A stretch of DNA of 64,000 bases. Source: a virus. Made by a program: the position numbers and the translations under genes. How positions within the stretch are numbered: position 1 is the stretch's first letter; each line of letters opens with the position of its first letter. The notes under the pieces are model-generated. The model ran no database searches, was not told the DNA's origin, and saw only the letters and a list, made by a program, of their open reading frames with translations. Of the stretch, positions 1-8,285 are shown piece after piece. Location: positions 4,220 through 68,219 of the IMG/VR virus record IMGVR_UViG_3300021963_000110. One strand, given 5' to 3'.

Positions 1-109
1 CTGCAGGTAAATTATTCGTATCAATATGCGGGAATGCTTGTCTAAAGTTGTCCCCTAAGATAGGATGATCAACTGGTTGCCCGTCTACAATTTTAATATA
101 TAATTCCAT
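1..109 (-). CDS. Partial small protein (MELYIKIVDGQPVDHPILGDNFRQAFPHIDTNNLPA...), fibre-associated/chaperone-like; runs off the window edge
   Basis: Read by hand: ATG at 109-107, GGAG RBS upstream, frame open to base 1; directly follows a Gly-rich adhesin gene. Confidence 0.7.
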   Translation of the reverse strand, partial: MELYIKIVDGQPVDHPILGDNFRQAFPHIDTNNLPA

Positions 110-129
110 TTTATTTTCTCCTTGTACGT

Positions 130-1893
130 TTATACGTTTGCTGTATTTGTTGATGGATACGCCCTATATAGGAATGTAGGATTATATCCTGACCACATTA
201 GTCGAACTGCACCATTTGCACCTGCACCGCCAACATACGATCCACTATTTAGAGTTCCACCGCCGCCGCCACCGCCAAAGCTGCCGCCCAACGCACCGGG
301 CCCGTTGCCACCATTTGTGCCTCCAGAGCCGCCGCCGCCACCATTGAAGGCGGCTCCTGCCGCTCCGTTTGAACCTGCTCCATATATACCTACACCGCCA
401 CCTGCGCTCGCGTATGCGCCGTTGGTACTCGCACCACCTCCACCGCCACCTCCACCTGAGCCTGCGGTTGAATTTACGGAGTAGCCATATGCACCTTGCG
501 ATCCGGTTCCACCGTTTCCGCTATAACCACCAGCACCACCGCCACCTGTACCAGAATAATCACCAGCGTACGCACCACCTGAGCCACCATTGCCACCGCC
601 GCCTGGATAACTAGAAGGGTTAATAGCAATACCGCCGGCGGCCTGAGGGACAACTTGATCTTTGCCAGAGGTGCCACCGGTTGCTCTAATATATGAAGAA
701 TTGTTAAACCAACTAGTACCGCCAGGAGTACTTGGGTTATTAGCAGGAGCACCTGCACCAACATTTATTGAATATGTAGTTCCTGAAGTAACGGCAACGT
801 TATTTACCCAGACAAGGCCACCTCCACCGCCGCCACCGCCGGAATAACGCCCGGGTCCTCCCTGATATCCACCGCCGCCTGCACCTACTGCAAGAACGCT
901 AATGGTTGATACCCCGGCTGGTGCAACCCATGAGTAAGTGCCCGGTATTGTATATTCTGCTTGTCCCGGAGGAGTTATGCTTGTATCATTTATTATTACA
1001 TTTGCATTTGCACGACCATTATCCAATGATATTGTAAAATATTCTGTGCCCTCTGTTAATAGATCTGCATTTGCAGTAAAGGTTAATACTTGGTTATTAG
1101 CTGTTAAATTGCCCGTCATTAAGGGCGAACCATTAAAGTCTACATTACTTACACCGGTAATGGTATATCCAAGCGGCAACTGGCTAAGTGCATTGGTTAC
1201 AAATGTTACCGTGAAACTATTATCTTCATTTACAGATGCAACATTCGCCGTTAACGTATAATATGCAACAGATGTATCATTTATTATTACATTTGCATTT
1301 GCACGACCGTTATCCAATGATATTGTAAAATATTCTACACCGTCAAGTATTAAGTCTGCATTTGCAGTAAATGTTAATACTTGACCATTTGATGTAAAAT
1401 TACCTGTTAGAGAAGGAGATCCAATGAAATCAATACTACTTACACCGCCTGTAATAGTATATCCCAATGGCAATGCGTGAATAGCATTTGTATCAAGTGT
1501 TATATTAAACACATTGCCACCATATTCATTAACAGATGCAACATTTGCTGTTAATGTATAATACGAATCAGATATAGTAACCGGTGCACGAGCTTGACCG
1601 TTATCAAGCGACATTACAAATGTTTCTGCCCCTTCTGTTACCAAATCATCGCTAATAGTATACGTTCTAGTTTCACCATTTGCGGTAAATGTTCCAGTTA
1701 ACGATGCATTACCAATATCGGCAGAACTCACACCTGTAATTGTATAACCAAAAGAACCAGGTTTGTTCGTTGTAAAGGTTATAGTAAATGAATTACCTTC
1801 TACGATATTTGTTACAGCTGTGAATAATCCGCTAACAGCCGGGGTAAGCACCATACTCAATCCCCCGCCAAATGATACGTTTCTTATTTCCAT
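130..1893 (-). CDS. Fibre/adhesin protein: three Calx-beta/Ig-like repeats plus a C-terminal Gly-rich domain
   Basis: Repeats of YYTLTANVASVNE...EYFTISLDNGRANANVIINDTS; Gly-rich domain starts at VLAVGAGGGG and ends GAVRLMW...YPSTNTANV. Confidence 0.75.
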   Translation of the reverse strand: MEIRNVSFGGGLSMVLTPAVSGLFTAVTNIVEGNSFTITFTTNKPGSFGYTITGVSSADIGNASLTGTFTANGETRTYTISDDLVTEGAETFVMSLDNGQARAPVTISDSYYTLTANVASVNEYGGNVFNITLDTNAIHALPLGYTITGGVSSIDFIGSPSLTGNFTSNGQVLTFTANADLILDGVEYFTISLDNGRANANVIINDTSVAYYTLTANVASVNEDNSFTVTFVTNALSQLPLGYTITGVSNVDFNGSPLMTGNLTANNQVLTFTANADLLTEGTEYFTISLDNGRANANVIINDTSITPPGQAEYTIPGTYSWVAPAGVSTISVLAVGAGGGGYQGGPGRYSGGGGGGGGLVWVNNVAVTSGTTYSINVGAGAPANNPSTPGGTSWFNNSSYIRATGGTSGKDQVVPQAAGGIAINPSSYPGGGGNGGSGGAYAGDYSGTGGGGAGGYSGNGGTGSQGAYGYSVNSTAGSGGGGGGGGASTNGAYASAGGGVGIYGAGSNGAAGAAFNGGGGGSGGTNGGNGPGALGGSFGGGGGGGTLNSGSYVGGAGANGAVRLMWSGYNPTFLYRAYPSTNTANV

Positions 1894-1922
1894 TTATTTA
1901 ACCTTTTATTTCTAAATTCTAT

Positions 1923-3035
1923 TTATGCCGGATATCCGAGCAATATGTTTGATGTAAAATATACATTAGCAAATCCAAACATATAATAATTGCCATTAGT
2001 ATCGTCCCACGGCACTTGCCCAGGGCCGTCATTAACTCCATCTTTAAAATTCGCATTTACGTTTGCTACAATATATTCTGTTCCGGCAAGTACTACACGG
2101 CTTACATTAGCTGTTAATGTAAGTGTTTCGGCAAAAGAAACTGACGGAGAATATTGGTAAAAATCAAGCGTGGTTCCTGTTGTCATTGCATTGATAATTA
2201 CATTCTGCTGACTTTGTGTGGGATTATTTTGCGATCCCCCGCCCAAATAATAATTCAATCTACTTGTACTTTCAGTAGACCAATAATTGCTGAAAACAAT
2301 TTGATTATTTGCAGTAAATATATCACTGCCCATATTCCGCCTGCCCCAGTGAACACTAGTAATTCCTATAGTATTACTAGTACCAGCTAATTGATAGTCT
2401 TCTCCCATAAACCATTTATAAGTAACATTCGCGGGTGCTTGCTCAATTTGCACCGGCAATGAAGCTAATACGTTTGTTTTGTAATTGATATTTGCAAATC
2501 CAATCATATATCTTTCGCCGCCTGAACCTGTAACATATTCTCCAGGACCATCATTAACACCATCTAATAAATTAACATTCACATTTGCAATAATATAATC
2601 ATTATTTAGTACACTTAATAATGTTGCATTTTGTGTCAATGTTACTGTTTCTGCAAATCGTGTTGGTAGATAATCATAAAAATCAATTGTAGTTCCAGTA
2701 GTCATTGCATTGACAAATACATTTACTTCAGCATTACTAAGAGTTTTTCTTCCGCCGCTAACAGTTCCGCTTAAATAACCATTCGCTCTACTAGCAACAG
2801 GCGCATAAAATGGGCGCTGAAAAATAATTTGATTATTGCCTGTCCAAATTGGAGTTTCGGGAGTGCTTAAATTTATACGACCCCAAGTAACACTGGACAT
2901 TGTAATATTATTATTTGTTCCAGACCAATCGTCACTTTCTCCCATAAACCATTTATAAGTAACATTATCAGGTACAGGTGATGCGCTTGGAATACTCCAA
3001 TTTCCCGACATTACTATTCCGCCAGATATTTCCAT
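1923..3035 (-). CDS. Hypothetical virion protein built from two tandem ~170-aa domains
   Basis: NVTYKWFMGE, NAMTTGTTxDFY and DGVNDGPG each occur twice. Confidence 0.65.
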   Translation of the reverse strand: MEISGGIVMSGNWSIPSASPVPDNVTYKWFMGESDDWSGTNNNITMSSVTWGRINLSTPETPIWTGNNQIIFQRPFYAPVASRANGYLSGTVSGGRKTLSNAEVNVFVNAMTTGTTIDFYDYLPTRFAETVTLTQNATLLSVLNNDYIIANVNVNLLDGVNDGPGEYVTGSGGERYMIGFANINYKTNVLASLPVQIEQAPANVTYKWFMGEDYQLAGTSNTIGITSVHWGRRNMGSDIFTANNQIVFSNYWSTESTSRLNYYLGGGSQNNPTQSQQNVIINAMTTGTTLDFYQYSPSVSFAETLTLTANVSRVVLAGTEYIVANVNANFKDGVNDGPGQVPWDDTNGNYYMFGFANVYFTSNILLGYPA

Positions 3036-3045
3036 TTATTTTTCC

Positions 3046-3726
3046 TTAGAATGGGTCTAGAGCAGAACTTACAGCTCCACCGTTATTTATTATTGTGCGA
3101 TTATTCTCTGAACTATCTATTAAGAAATTATCGCTATTGAACATAGTATTTAACAATAAATCTGTGCCAGATATTGCTGTTAATTGAGAAGTTGCAGGAG
3201 TGAAGTTTCCAGTATATACTTGAGAACCTTTAACATATCTAAAGTTACTTATATATCCAGTATACCCTTCATTTGACGCAAGAAGTCCTATCCATAATGT
3301 AGTACTACTTGTAGTTGGACCTGTGAATGTGCCTTGACTACTACCATCTAAATAAACTGTCCAAGTATTTGATGCAGATGGTCTTGTTACTGCAACATGG
3401 TGCCATGTATTTGTAGTTATAGTTGGCCCGTTAAAGATGACCGATCCAAACTGAGAAACATTTAAAGTTGTATTTGCAATATAAACAACAATACCGCCCG
3501 TACTACTACCACCGCTTCGTGTATTTAACATAGCATAATTTCCGTCACCGCTTGCAGTTGGATACGCCCACCATTCATATGCGACTGCATCCGTATTTGG
3601 TGCGGTCACAGTTGTAGACAAATACTGAGGAACTGTTCTGTCAAAGAACACACTGCCTGGTTCTGGTGGTGGCGGTTTGTTAAATTGCGCGCCCCCTGTA
3701 ATAGTAACTCCGTTTATTGTAATCAT
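3046..3726 (-). CDS. Single LamG/ConA-like lectin domain protein (start revised to MITINGVT)
   Basis: NTWHHVAVTR...YLDG...GYISNFRYVKG LamG_3-type pattern; the upstream TTG extension in the ORF track overlaps another ORF. Confidence 0.75.
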   Translation of the reverse strand: MITINGVTITGGAQFNKPPPPEPGSVFFDRTVPQYLSTTVTAPNTDAVAYEWWAYPTASGDGNYAMLNTRSGGSSTGGIVVYIANTTLNVSQFGSVIFNGPTITTNTWHHVAVTRPSASNTWTVYLDGSSQGTFTGPTTSSTTLWIGLLASNEGYTGYISNFRYVKGSQVYTGNFTPATSQLTAISGTDLLLNTMFNSDNFLIDSSENNRTIINNGGAVSSALDPF

Positions 3727-3731
3727 TTTAG

Positions 3732-3854
3732 TTAAAAGTTTTGCATCGTTAATGAAGTACTTGTAGCAAGCACAGGCGTACCTACTGCTGGCAATTGATA
3801 GTTGTCTAAAAAGACAACCCCTCCTAAGATTGTGCAATCATATGAATTTATCAT
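3732..3854 (-). CDS. 40-aa ORF (MINSYDCTILGGVVFLDNYQLPAVGTPVLATSTSLTMQNF), possible truncated fibre-gene stub
   Basis: ATGA overlap with the GIY-YIG stop; fills the intergenic gap; N-terminus resembles those of neighbouring fibre genes. Confidence 0.4.
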   Translation of the reverse strand: MINSYDCTILGGVVFLDNYQLPAVGTPVLATSTSLTMQNF

Positions 3855-4261
3855 CTCTGTGTTTCTTTTAAATTCTTGATATGAGTTTTATGCACTCGGC
3901 ATTGCACTTGCCCATTATAATATGCATCTGATTCTAAAACTCGTCTATCCATTTGTTCTCTTGCCTCTAGATAATTGCATAGTCCTTTGTTAGGACATAT
4001 ATGCAGTATCTCTCTTATAAATTTATCCGCGCCGTGTTTTTCTACATCAGCTTTAACTTCATCAGATGAAGACCAATAATCTCTCCAATCTGACTCTACT
4101 TTTAATCTTTTCTTTTTACCCTTAACTACTTTGGTCTTACGAAACCAGAATAGCTTTTTACCTATATACTTGCGCCCCGTGGCAGTATTAGTAATCAAGT
4201 ACACATAACCATATGCATCCTCAGGGATAACTTCTAATTCTTTATTATCGTATAACCACAT
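3851..4261 (-). CDS. Stand-alone GIY-YIG nuclease
   Basis: GYVYLITN...KYIGKK motif, with downstream conserved Glu (YLEAREQ) and YYN. Confidence 0.8.
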   Translation of the reverse strand: MWLYDNKELEVIPEDAYGYVYLITNTATGRKYIGKKLFWFRKTKVVKGKKKRLKVESDWRDYWSSSDEVKADVEKHGADKFIREILHICPNKGLCNYLEAREQMDRRVLESDAYYNGQVQCRVHKTHIKNLKETQR

Positions 4262-4262
4262 C

Positions 4263-4291
4263 TAAATACCAATGTTAAATTAGTATTTATA
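4263..4291 (-). promoter_or_regulatory. T4-type late promoter TATAAATA overlapping an 11-bp hairpin that covers the GIY-YIG translation start region
   Basis: Minus-strand TATAAATA at 4291-4284; stem TAAATACTAAT/ATTGGTATTTA (one G-U pair) at 4289-4263; ATG at 4261. Confidence 0.7.
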
Positions 4292-4622
4292 CGGTCTCCC
4301 AATAGTCGTTTCCATCGGAAAAGTTATCACCCTCATCTCTTGGTGGAACAAAGAAATAATCATCTGGGTTGGTCATTATATCTTCAGCATCCTCTGCAAG
4401 GCCACCACTACCCATAATGCCAGCTTTTTGTAGCATTCTGGATTGTATTGATTTTTTGTATCTGTGTTCCTCAGATTCTTCTCGTGCCATATACTCAGTT
4501 TGTTTTTCTGAGAATACTTTCTTTTGCGCTTCATTCCATTGGCGGGAATTGGCACAAGCCCGAGAACAAAAAGTTCCGGGCTTGCTATGAGCAGTACCAC
4601 ATTTAGGACAAGTCTTCGTCAT
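4287..4622 (-). CDS. Zinc-finger protein (CPKC...FCSRAC) resembling the DNA-binding N-terminus of phage homing endonucleases; no nuclease domain visible
   Basis: CxxC-x10-CSRAC followed by a basic helix and an acidic tail. Confidence 0.55.
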   Translation of the reverse strand: MTKTCPKCGTAHSKPGTFCSRACANSRQWNEAQKKVFSEKQTEYMAREESEEHRYKKSIQSRMLQKAGIMGSGGLAEDAEDIMTNPDDYFFVPPRDEGDNFSDGNDYWETV

Positions 4623-4752
4623 CCTCTTCTTTATCTTCCACCTCTGCTCCGCAGAAAGGGCAGTTGGTTACTGTATAATAATCTTCGTCAAGTGTATGAC
4701 TTATCTTGAAGAGTGCATCGCATTCGACGCATTCGTAGTTTTTTCTTGCCAT
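4603..4752 (-). CDS. 49-aa zinc-ribbon protein (MARKNYECVECDALFKISHTLDEDYYTVTNCPFCGAEVEDKEEDDEDLS)
   Basis: Read by hand (below the ORF-track cutoff); GAGGAG RBS; CxxC...CPFC. Confidence 0.75.
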   Translation of the reverse strand: MARKNYECVECDALFKISHTLDEDYYTVTNCPFCGAEVEDKEEDDEDLS

Positions 4753-5192
4753 TGTGCTCCTCTTTTCTTAGCTTCTGCGTCAAATACTCGCTGACGTAAA
4801 TCAGATGAGCTGAAGAAGTGATCTCGTTTATTGAAGTATAATTCTATTCCTCTTTTCATGCAAATATCTTTGCCCGTATATTCCGTATCTTTATATTCTT
4901 CGCCCAAGATGCGAACATCAATAGGTAAAGCCATGAAGATATCTTCAAGTTCTTTTTCTGTAGAATATACTATAATCTCATCAACATGCTTGCACGCTGA
5001 TACCTGAATCTGTCTTTCAATAATTGATTGGACAGGTTTATTTTTTGTTTCTCTATCAAGTGTTGGATCGACTTGAATCGCTGCAATTAAATAATCGCAT
5101 TGACGCTTTGCTTCTTCCAACATAATTACATGACCCGCATGGAACAGGTCAAATGTAGAACAAGTTACTCCAATTTTCTTATTCGCACTCAT
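4701..5192 (-). CDS. Cytidylyltransferase, glycerol-3-phosphate cytidylyltransferase (TagD)-like
   Basis: STFDLFHAGH HIGH-type motif; RDHFFSSSDLR C-terminal motif. Confidence 0.85.
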   Translation of the reverse strand: MSANKKIGVTCSTFDLFHAGHVIMLEEAKRQCDYLIAAIQVDPTLDRETKNKPVQSIIERQIQVSACKHVDEIIVYSTEKELEDIFMALPIDVRILGEEYKDTEYTGKDICMKRGIELYFNKRDHFFSSSDLRQRVFDAEAKKRGAQWQEKTTNASNAMHSSR

Positions 5193-5656
5193 ATTTTCTC
5201 CACTTCAATGTTACATTTATTTAAAAATTCTATACCTTCAGTATTTCTATAACTATTTCTATAAAATACTTTTTTAATGCCTGCTATATGTATAAGCTTT
5301 GCACAATCAAAACACGGTGCATGGGTAATATACATTGTAGCACCTAACCCCGATTCATTAGATTGTGCTAGTTTGCCGATAGCATTCATTTCTGCATGAA
5401 TAACCTCGGGCTTTGTCTTTGTACTAATAGTAGTTGTAGGATACTCAGGGCCACCCATGTCAATTATATATGTTGAATGTTCTTCAATTATATCTTCACA
5501 AGTATTATTCCAACCAGCAGGAGTACCGTTGTATCCAATAGATATAATTCTATTATCTTTCTCAACAACAGCACCAACCTGTAATCTTTTAGCAGAGGAT
5601 AATTTAGCATAGGTCTCTGCTACAATTATATGAGCATTATCAAATTTATTCGGCAT
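5189..5656 (-). CDS. cd: dCMP deaminase (start revised to MPNKFDNAH)
   Basis: IISIGYNG; HAEMNAI and PCFDC zinc motifs. Confidence 0.9.
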   Translation of the reverse strand: MPNKFDNAHIIVAETYAKLSSAKRLQVGAVVEKDNRIISIGYNGTPAGWNNTCEDIIEEHSTYIIDMGGPEYPTTTISTKTKPEVIHAEMNAIGKLAQSNESGLGATMYITHAPCFDCAKLIHIAGIKKVFYRNSYRNTEGIEFLNKCNIEVEKI

Positions 5657-5825
5657 TCCATTTTCCTTCGGGGCATTTTGTATTAGGCAATAATGTCTTT
5701 GCCCATATAGAGCAACCACATTTATTACATACCTTAGCACCAATTATAGTAGTAAGGTGTTCACATTCATTACAAATATTTCTTCGTCTTTCGACAAAAG
5801 TTATTACTTTTCTATCTTCACCCAT
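5646..5825 (-). CDS. 59-aa Cys-rich protein, DUF6171-like (RRNICNECEH...CNKCGC...KCPEGKW)
   Basis: Read by hand (below cutoff); six Cys in the same pattern as 21746..21949. Confidence 0.75.
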   Translation of the reverse strand: MGEDRKVITFVERRRNICNECEHLTTIIGAKVCNKCGCSIWAKTLLPNTKCPEGKWNAE

Positions 5826-6016
5826 TTTTTACAATAATATTCTGGACGTACTTTAGCGTCCCAAGTTTTACAATACTTTGTGCCAGGTACATAAGCACCG
5901 CAGTTTGCACAATTCTTTTCACCCTTTGCTTTTTCATAAGCTGGTGGCAATTTTGCTGATATTAACGCACCATCAGCATAGTGTCTCGGTGCGATTACTT
6001 CTTTAAATGATTTCAT
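5804..6016 (-). CDS. 70-aa protein with a HiPIP-like 4-Cys domain (start revised to MKSFKE)
   Basis: NCANCGAY...YCKTW...VRPEYYCKKW matches the order of HiPIP Cys ligands; ATGA overlap with the nrdB stop. Confidence 0.55.
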   Translation of the reverse strand: MKSFKEVIAPRHYADGALISAKLPPAYEKAKGEKNCANCGAYVPGTKYCKTWDAKVRPEYYCKKWVKIEK

Positions 6017-7005
6017 TTTTGTTTTGCCCAAACATCTTCCCAGTTACCTGTGTGCGCGGCTTTTGCGTAATCTGTTGCTCTATTCTCAAAGAAGTTTGTG
6101 TGAATAGGAGCGTTAATCATTTCCTCAACCCAAGGTAGCGGATTTCTTTTAACTTTCATAATACCCTTAAGACCAAGGCTAATAAGGCGACGATCAGTAA
6201 TATAGCGGATGTACTGTTTAACGTCATTAGCGTCCAAATTGTCCATAGGCCCCATAGCGAATGCCAGATCAATAAACCGGTCCTCGAGTAAAACCATTTG
6301 TTCAGCAATTGTATACAGTTGGCCTTTGAGGTCATCGTTCCAAATCTCCGGATTTTCTTGTATATATGTTCTGAATAATTTAATCATGGACTCACAATGC
6401 TGAGTCTCATCTACAATAGACCAAGTAACAATTTGTCCCATGCCCTTCATCTTACCATGACGAGGGAAATTCAACAACATAATAAAAGAACTAAACAACT
6501 GCATACCTTCAGTAAATGCTGAGAAGATAGCAATATGCTTTGCTGTATTTTCTTTTGTAGTGTTTTGTTGAGATATATCCAAGACATAGTCATGCTTAGC
6601 TTTCATTTCCTCATAAGCTAAAAACTCATTATACATTGTCTCGGGCAATCCCAATGTCTCAATCAAATGAGAATATGCTGCAATATGCAGAGCTTCGCGT
6701 GCTGCAAAGCCTAATAGCATCATTCGTATTTCTGGCTGAGGAAAATAAGGAAGGTAGTTATTGACATACCCGCCAGCAACATCAATATCACCTTGTGTAA
6801 AGAATCTAAAGATGTGTGTTAAGAATTGTTTTTCTTCAGTCGTTAACTTCTTTTTCCAATCTTTAACATCTTCTACCATTGGTACTTCAGTATGCAACCA
6901 ATGGGATTGCTCATGCTTCAACCATGCGTCATACGCCCACGGGTAATTAAAGGGTTTGAAAGAATCTCGTGTATCTGTAAGATTCGATTTTGTCTTTTTA
7001 ATCAT
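6013..7005 (-). CDS. nrdB: Class I ribonucleotide reductase beta subunit
   Basis: FFTQGDIDV, EALHIAAY, EGMQLFSSF and DETQH di-iron/tyrosyl motifs; NFFE tail. Confidence 0.95.
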   Translation of the reverse strand: MIKKTKSNLTDTRDSFKPFNYPWAYDAWLKHEQSHWLHTEVPMVEDVKDWKKKLTTEEKQFLTHIFRFFTQGDIDVAGGYVNNYLPYFPQPEIRMMLLGFAAREALHIAAYSHLIETLGLPETMYNEFLAYEEMKAKHDYVLDISQQNTTKENTAKHIAIFSAFTEGMQLFSSFIMLLNFPRHGKMKGMGQIVTWSIVDETQHCESMIKLFRTYIQENPEIWNDDLKGQLYTIAEQMVLLEDRFIDLAFAMGPMDNLDANDVKQYIRYITDRRLISLGLKGIMKVKRNPLPWVEEMINAPIHTNFFENRATDYAKAAHTGNWEDVWAKQK

Positions 7006-7246
7006 TGATGAACTCTTCTACTAAGTTTTTAGCTTTTACGCCTACCATCTTATTTAATACTTGACCATTCTCATCAAGTTTAACAAGTGTCGGCACTCCC
7101 CTGATACCATATTTCATTGCTAACGCTTCATTATCATCTATATCAACAACTTCAATAGGTACATTGGAATCAATGCCTTCCATAATACTTGCCAATGCTT
7201 TACATGGTTGGCACCATGATGCTGTAAATCTTATTACTTTATTCAT
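6998..7246 (-). CDS. trxA: Thioredoxin (start revised to MNKVIRF)
   Basis: WCQPC active site; IRGVPT cis-Pro motif; GGAG RBS. Confidence 0.9.
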   Translation of the reverse strand: MNKVIRFTASWCQPCKALASIMEGIDSNVPIEVVDIDDNEALAMKYGIRGVPTLVKLDENGQVLNKMVGVKAKNLVEEFIND

Positions 7247-7260
7247 TTTTTTATTCTCCG

Positions 7261-7584
7261 TTAAATCGAAAATGAAGAGCCACATCCGCAAGTTGATTGC
7301 GCATTTGGATTTGTTATTTTAAATTCAGATCCCTGTAGATCTTCCTTATAATCTATACTTGCACCTTGCAAATACTGCATACTCATTGCATCAATTAAAA
7401 CTTTACAATCGCCCAAAGGCACCTCGAAGTCATCTTCGTTCATTATTTCATCAAAGGTAAATCCATAACTAAACCCAGAACATCCCCCACCCTGCACAAA
7501 TGTTCTTAGTTTTAAATTAGGATTGCCCTCTTCTGCGAAAAGATCTAATATTTTTGCTTTTGCTGATTCTGTTATTGTTATCAT
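7261..7584 (-). CDS. erpA: A-type Fe-S carrier, ErpA-like (start revised to MITITES)
   Basis: [28 protein letters not shown]...TCGCGSSF. Confidence 0.9.
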   Translation of the reverse strand: MITITESAKAKILDLFAEEGNPNLKLRTFVQGGGCSGFSYGFTFDEIMNEDDFEVPLGDCKVLIDAMSMQYLQGASIDYKEDLQGSEFKITNPNAQSTCGCGSSFSI

Positions 7585-7907
7585 ACTCGAAAACTTTCTC
7601 CGCAACCACAACGGTCACGTTCATTTGGATTTTTAAAATCAAAGCCTTCATTGAGTCCATTTCGAACCCAATCCATTGTTAGTCCATTTAGATACACATC
7701 ATTTTTTTTATTAACAAGAATAACAAAGTCTTGCTGTCCATAATTAATACAGGTATTATCATAATTATAATTATCAACATATTCTAATGTGTATGCAAGT
7801 CCACTGCAACCAGTAGTCTTCACGCCCAATTGAATTCCAACTCCTTTGCCGCGTTTTTGAAGTAGAGTTTTAATTTTCTCGCGTGCTTTTTCAGTAAGCA
7901 AAATCAT
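7581..7907 (-). CDS. iscA: Fe-S cluster assembly protein IscA
   Basis: [21 protein letters not shown]...[23 protein letters not shown]. Confidence 0.92.
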   Translation of the reverse strand: MILLTEKAREKIKTLLQKRGKGVGIQLGVKTTGCSGLAYTLEYVDNYNYDNTCINYGQQDFVILVNKKNDVYLNGLTMDWVRNGLNEGFDFKNPNERDRCGCGESFRV

Positions 7908-8283
7908 GTTTTTTTCTATAATCTTCTACTGCCGCTTTGATTGCATCTTCGGCAAGTATTGAGCAATGTATCTTTACTGGGGGCAATGCTAGTTCTTCGG
8001 CGATTTCGGAGTTTTTGATTGATCCGGCTTCGTCAAGGGTTTTTCCTTTGACCCATTCTGTAATGAGGCTCGAACTCGCAATAGCCGATCCGCAGCCATA
8101 CGTTTTAAATTTTGCATCTGTAATAATACCTGTATCATTGTCAACCTTTATTTGTAGTTTCATTACATCGCCGCAAGCTGGCGCGCCAACCATACCAGTA
8201 CCAATATCATTATCAGTCTTATCAAAAGATCCGACATTCCTGGGATTTTCATAGTGATCGATTACTTTATTTGAGTATGCCAT
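7891..8283 (-). CDS. iscU: Fe-S cluster scaffold IscU
   Basis: DHYENPRNVG, GAPACGDVM, GCGSAIASSS and LPPVKIHC; all three Cys and the HscA-binding LPPVK motif are intact. Confidence 0.96.
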   Translation of the reverse strand: MAYSNKVIDHYENPRNVGSFDKTDNDIGTGMVGAPACGDVMKLQIKVDNDTGIITDAKFKTYGCGSAIASSSLITEWVKGKTLDEAGSIKNSEIAEELALPPVKIHCSILAEDAIKAAVEDYRKKHDFAY

Positions 8284-8285
8284 GG

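Noticed and set aside
3801-3818. Hairpin GTTGTC-N6-GACAAC as a terminator
   Set aside because: Only 6 bp, no U-tract after it, and inside the 40-aa ORF
7261-8283. Host chromosomal contamination explaining the isc genes
   Set aside because: The genes are AT-rich like the phage, overlap or abut phage nrdA and trx, and the iscU-iscA-erpA order is not the bacterial operon order
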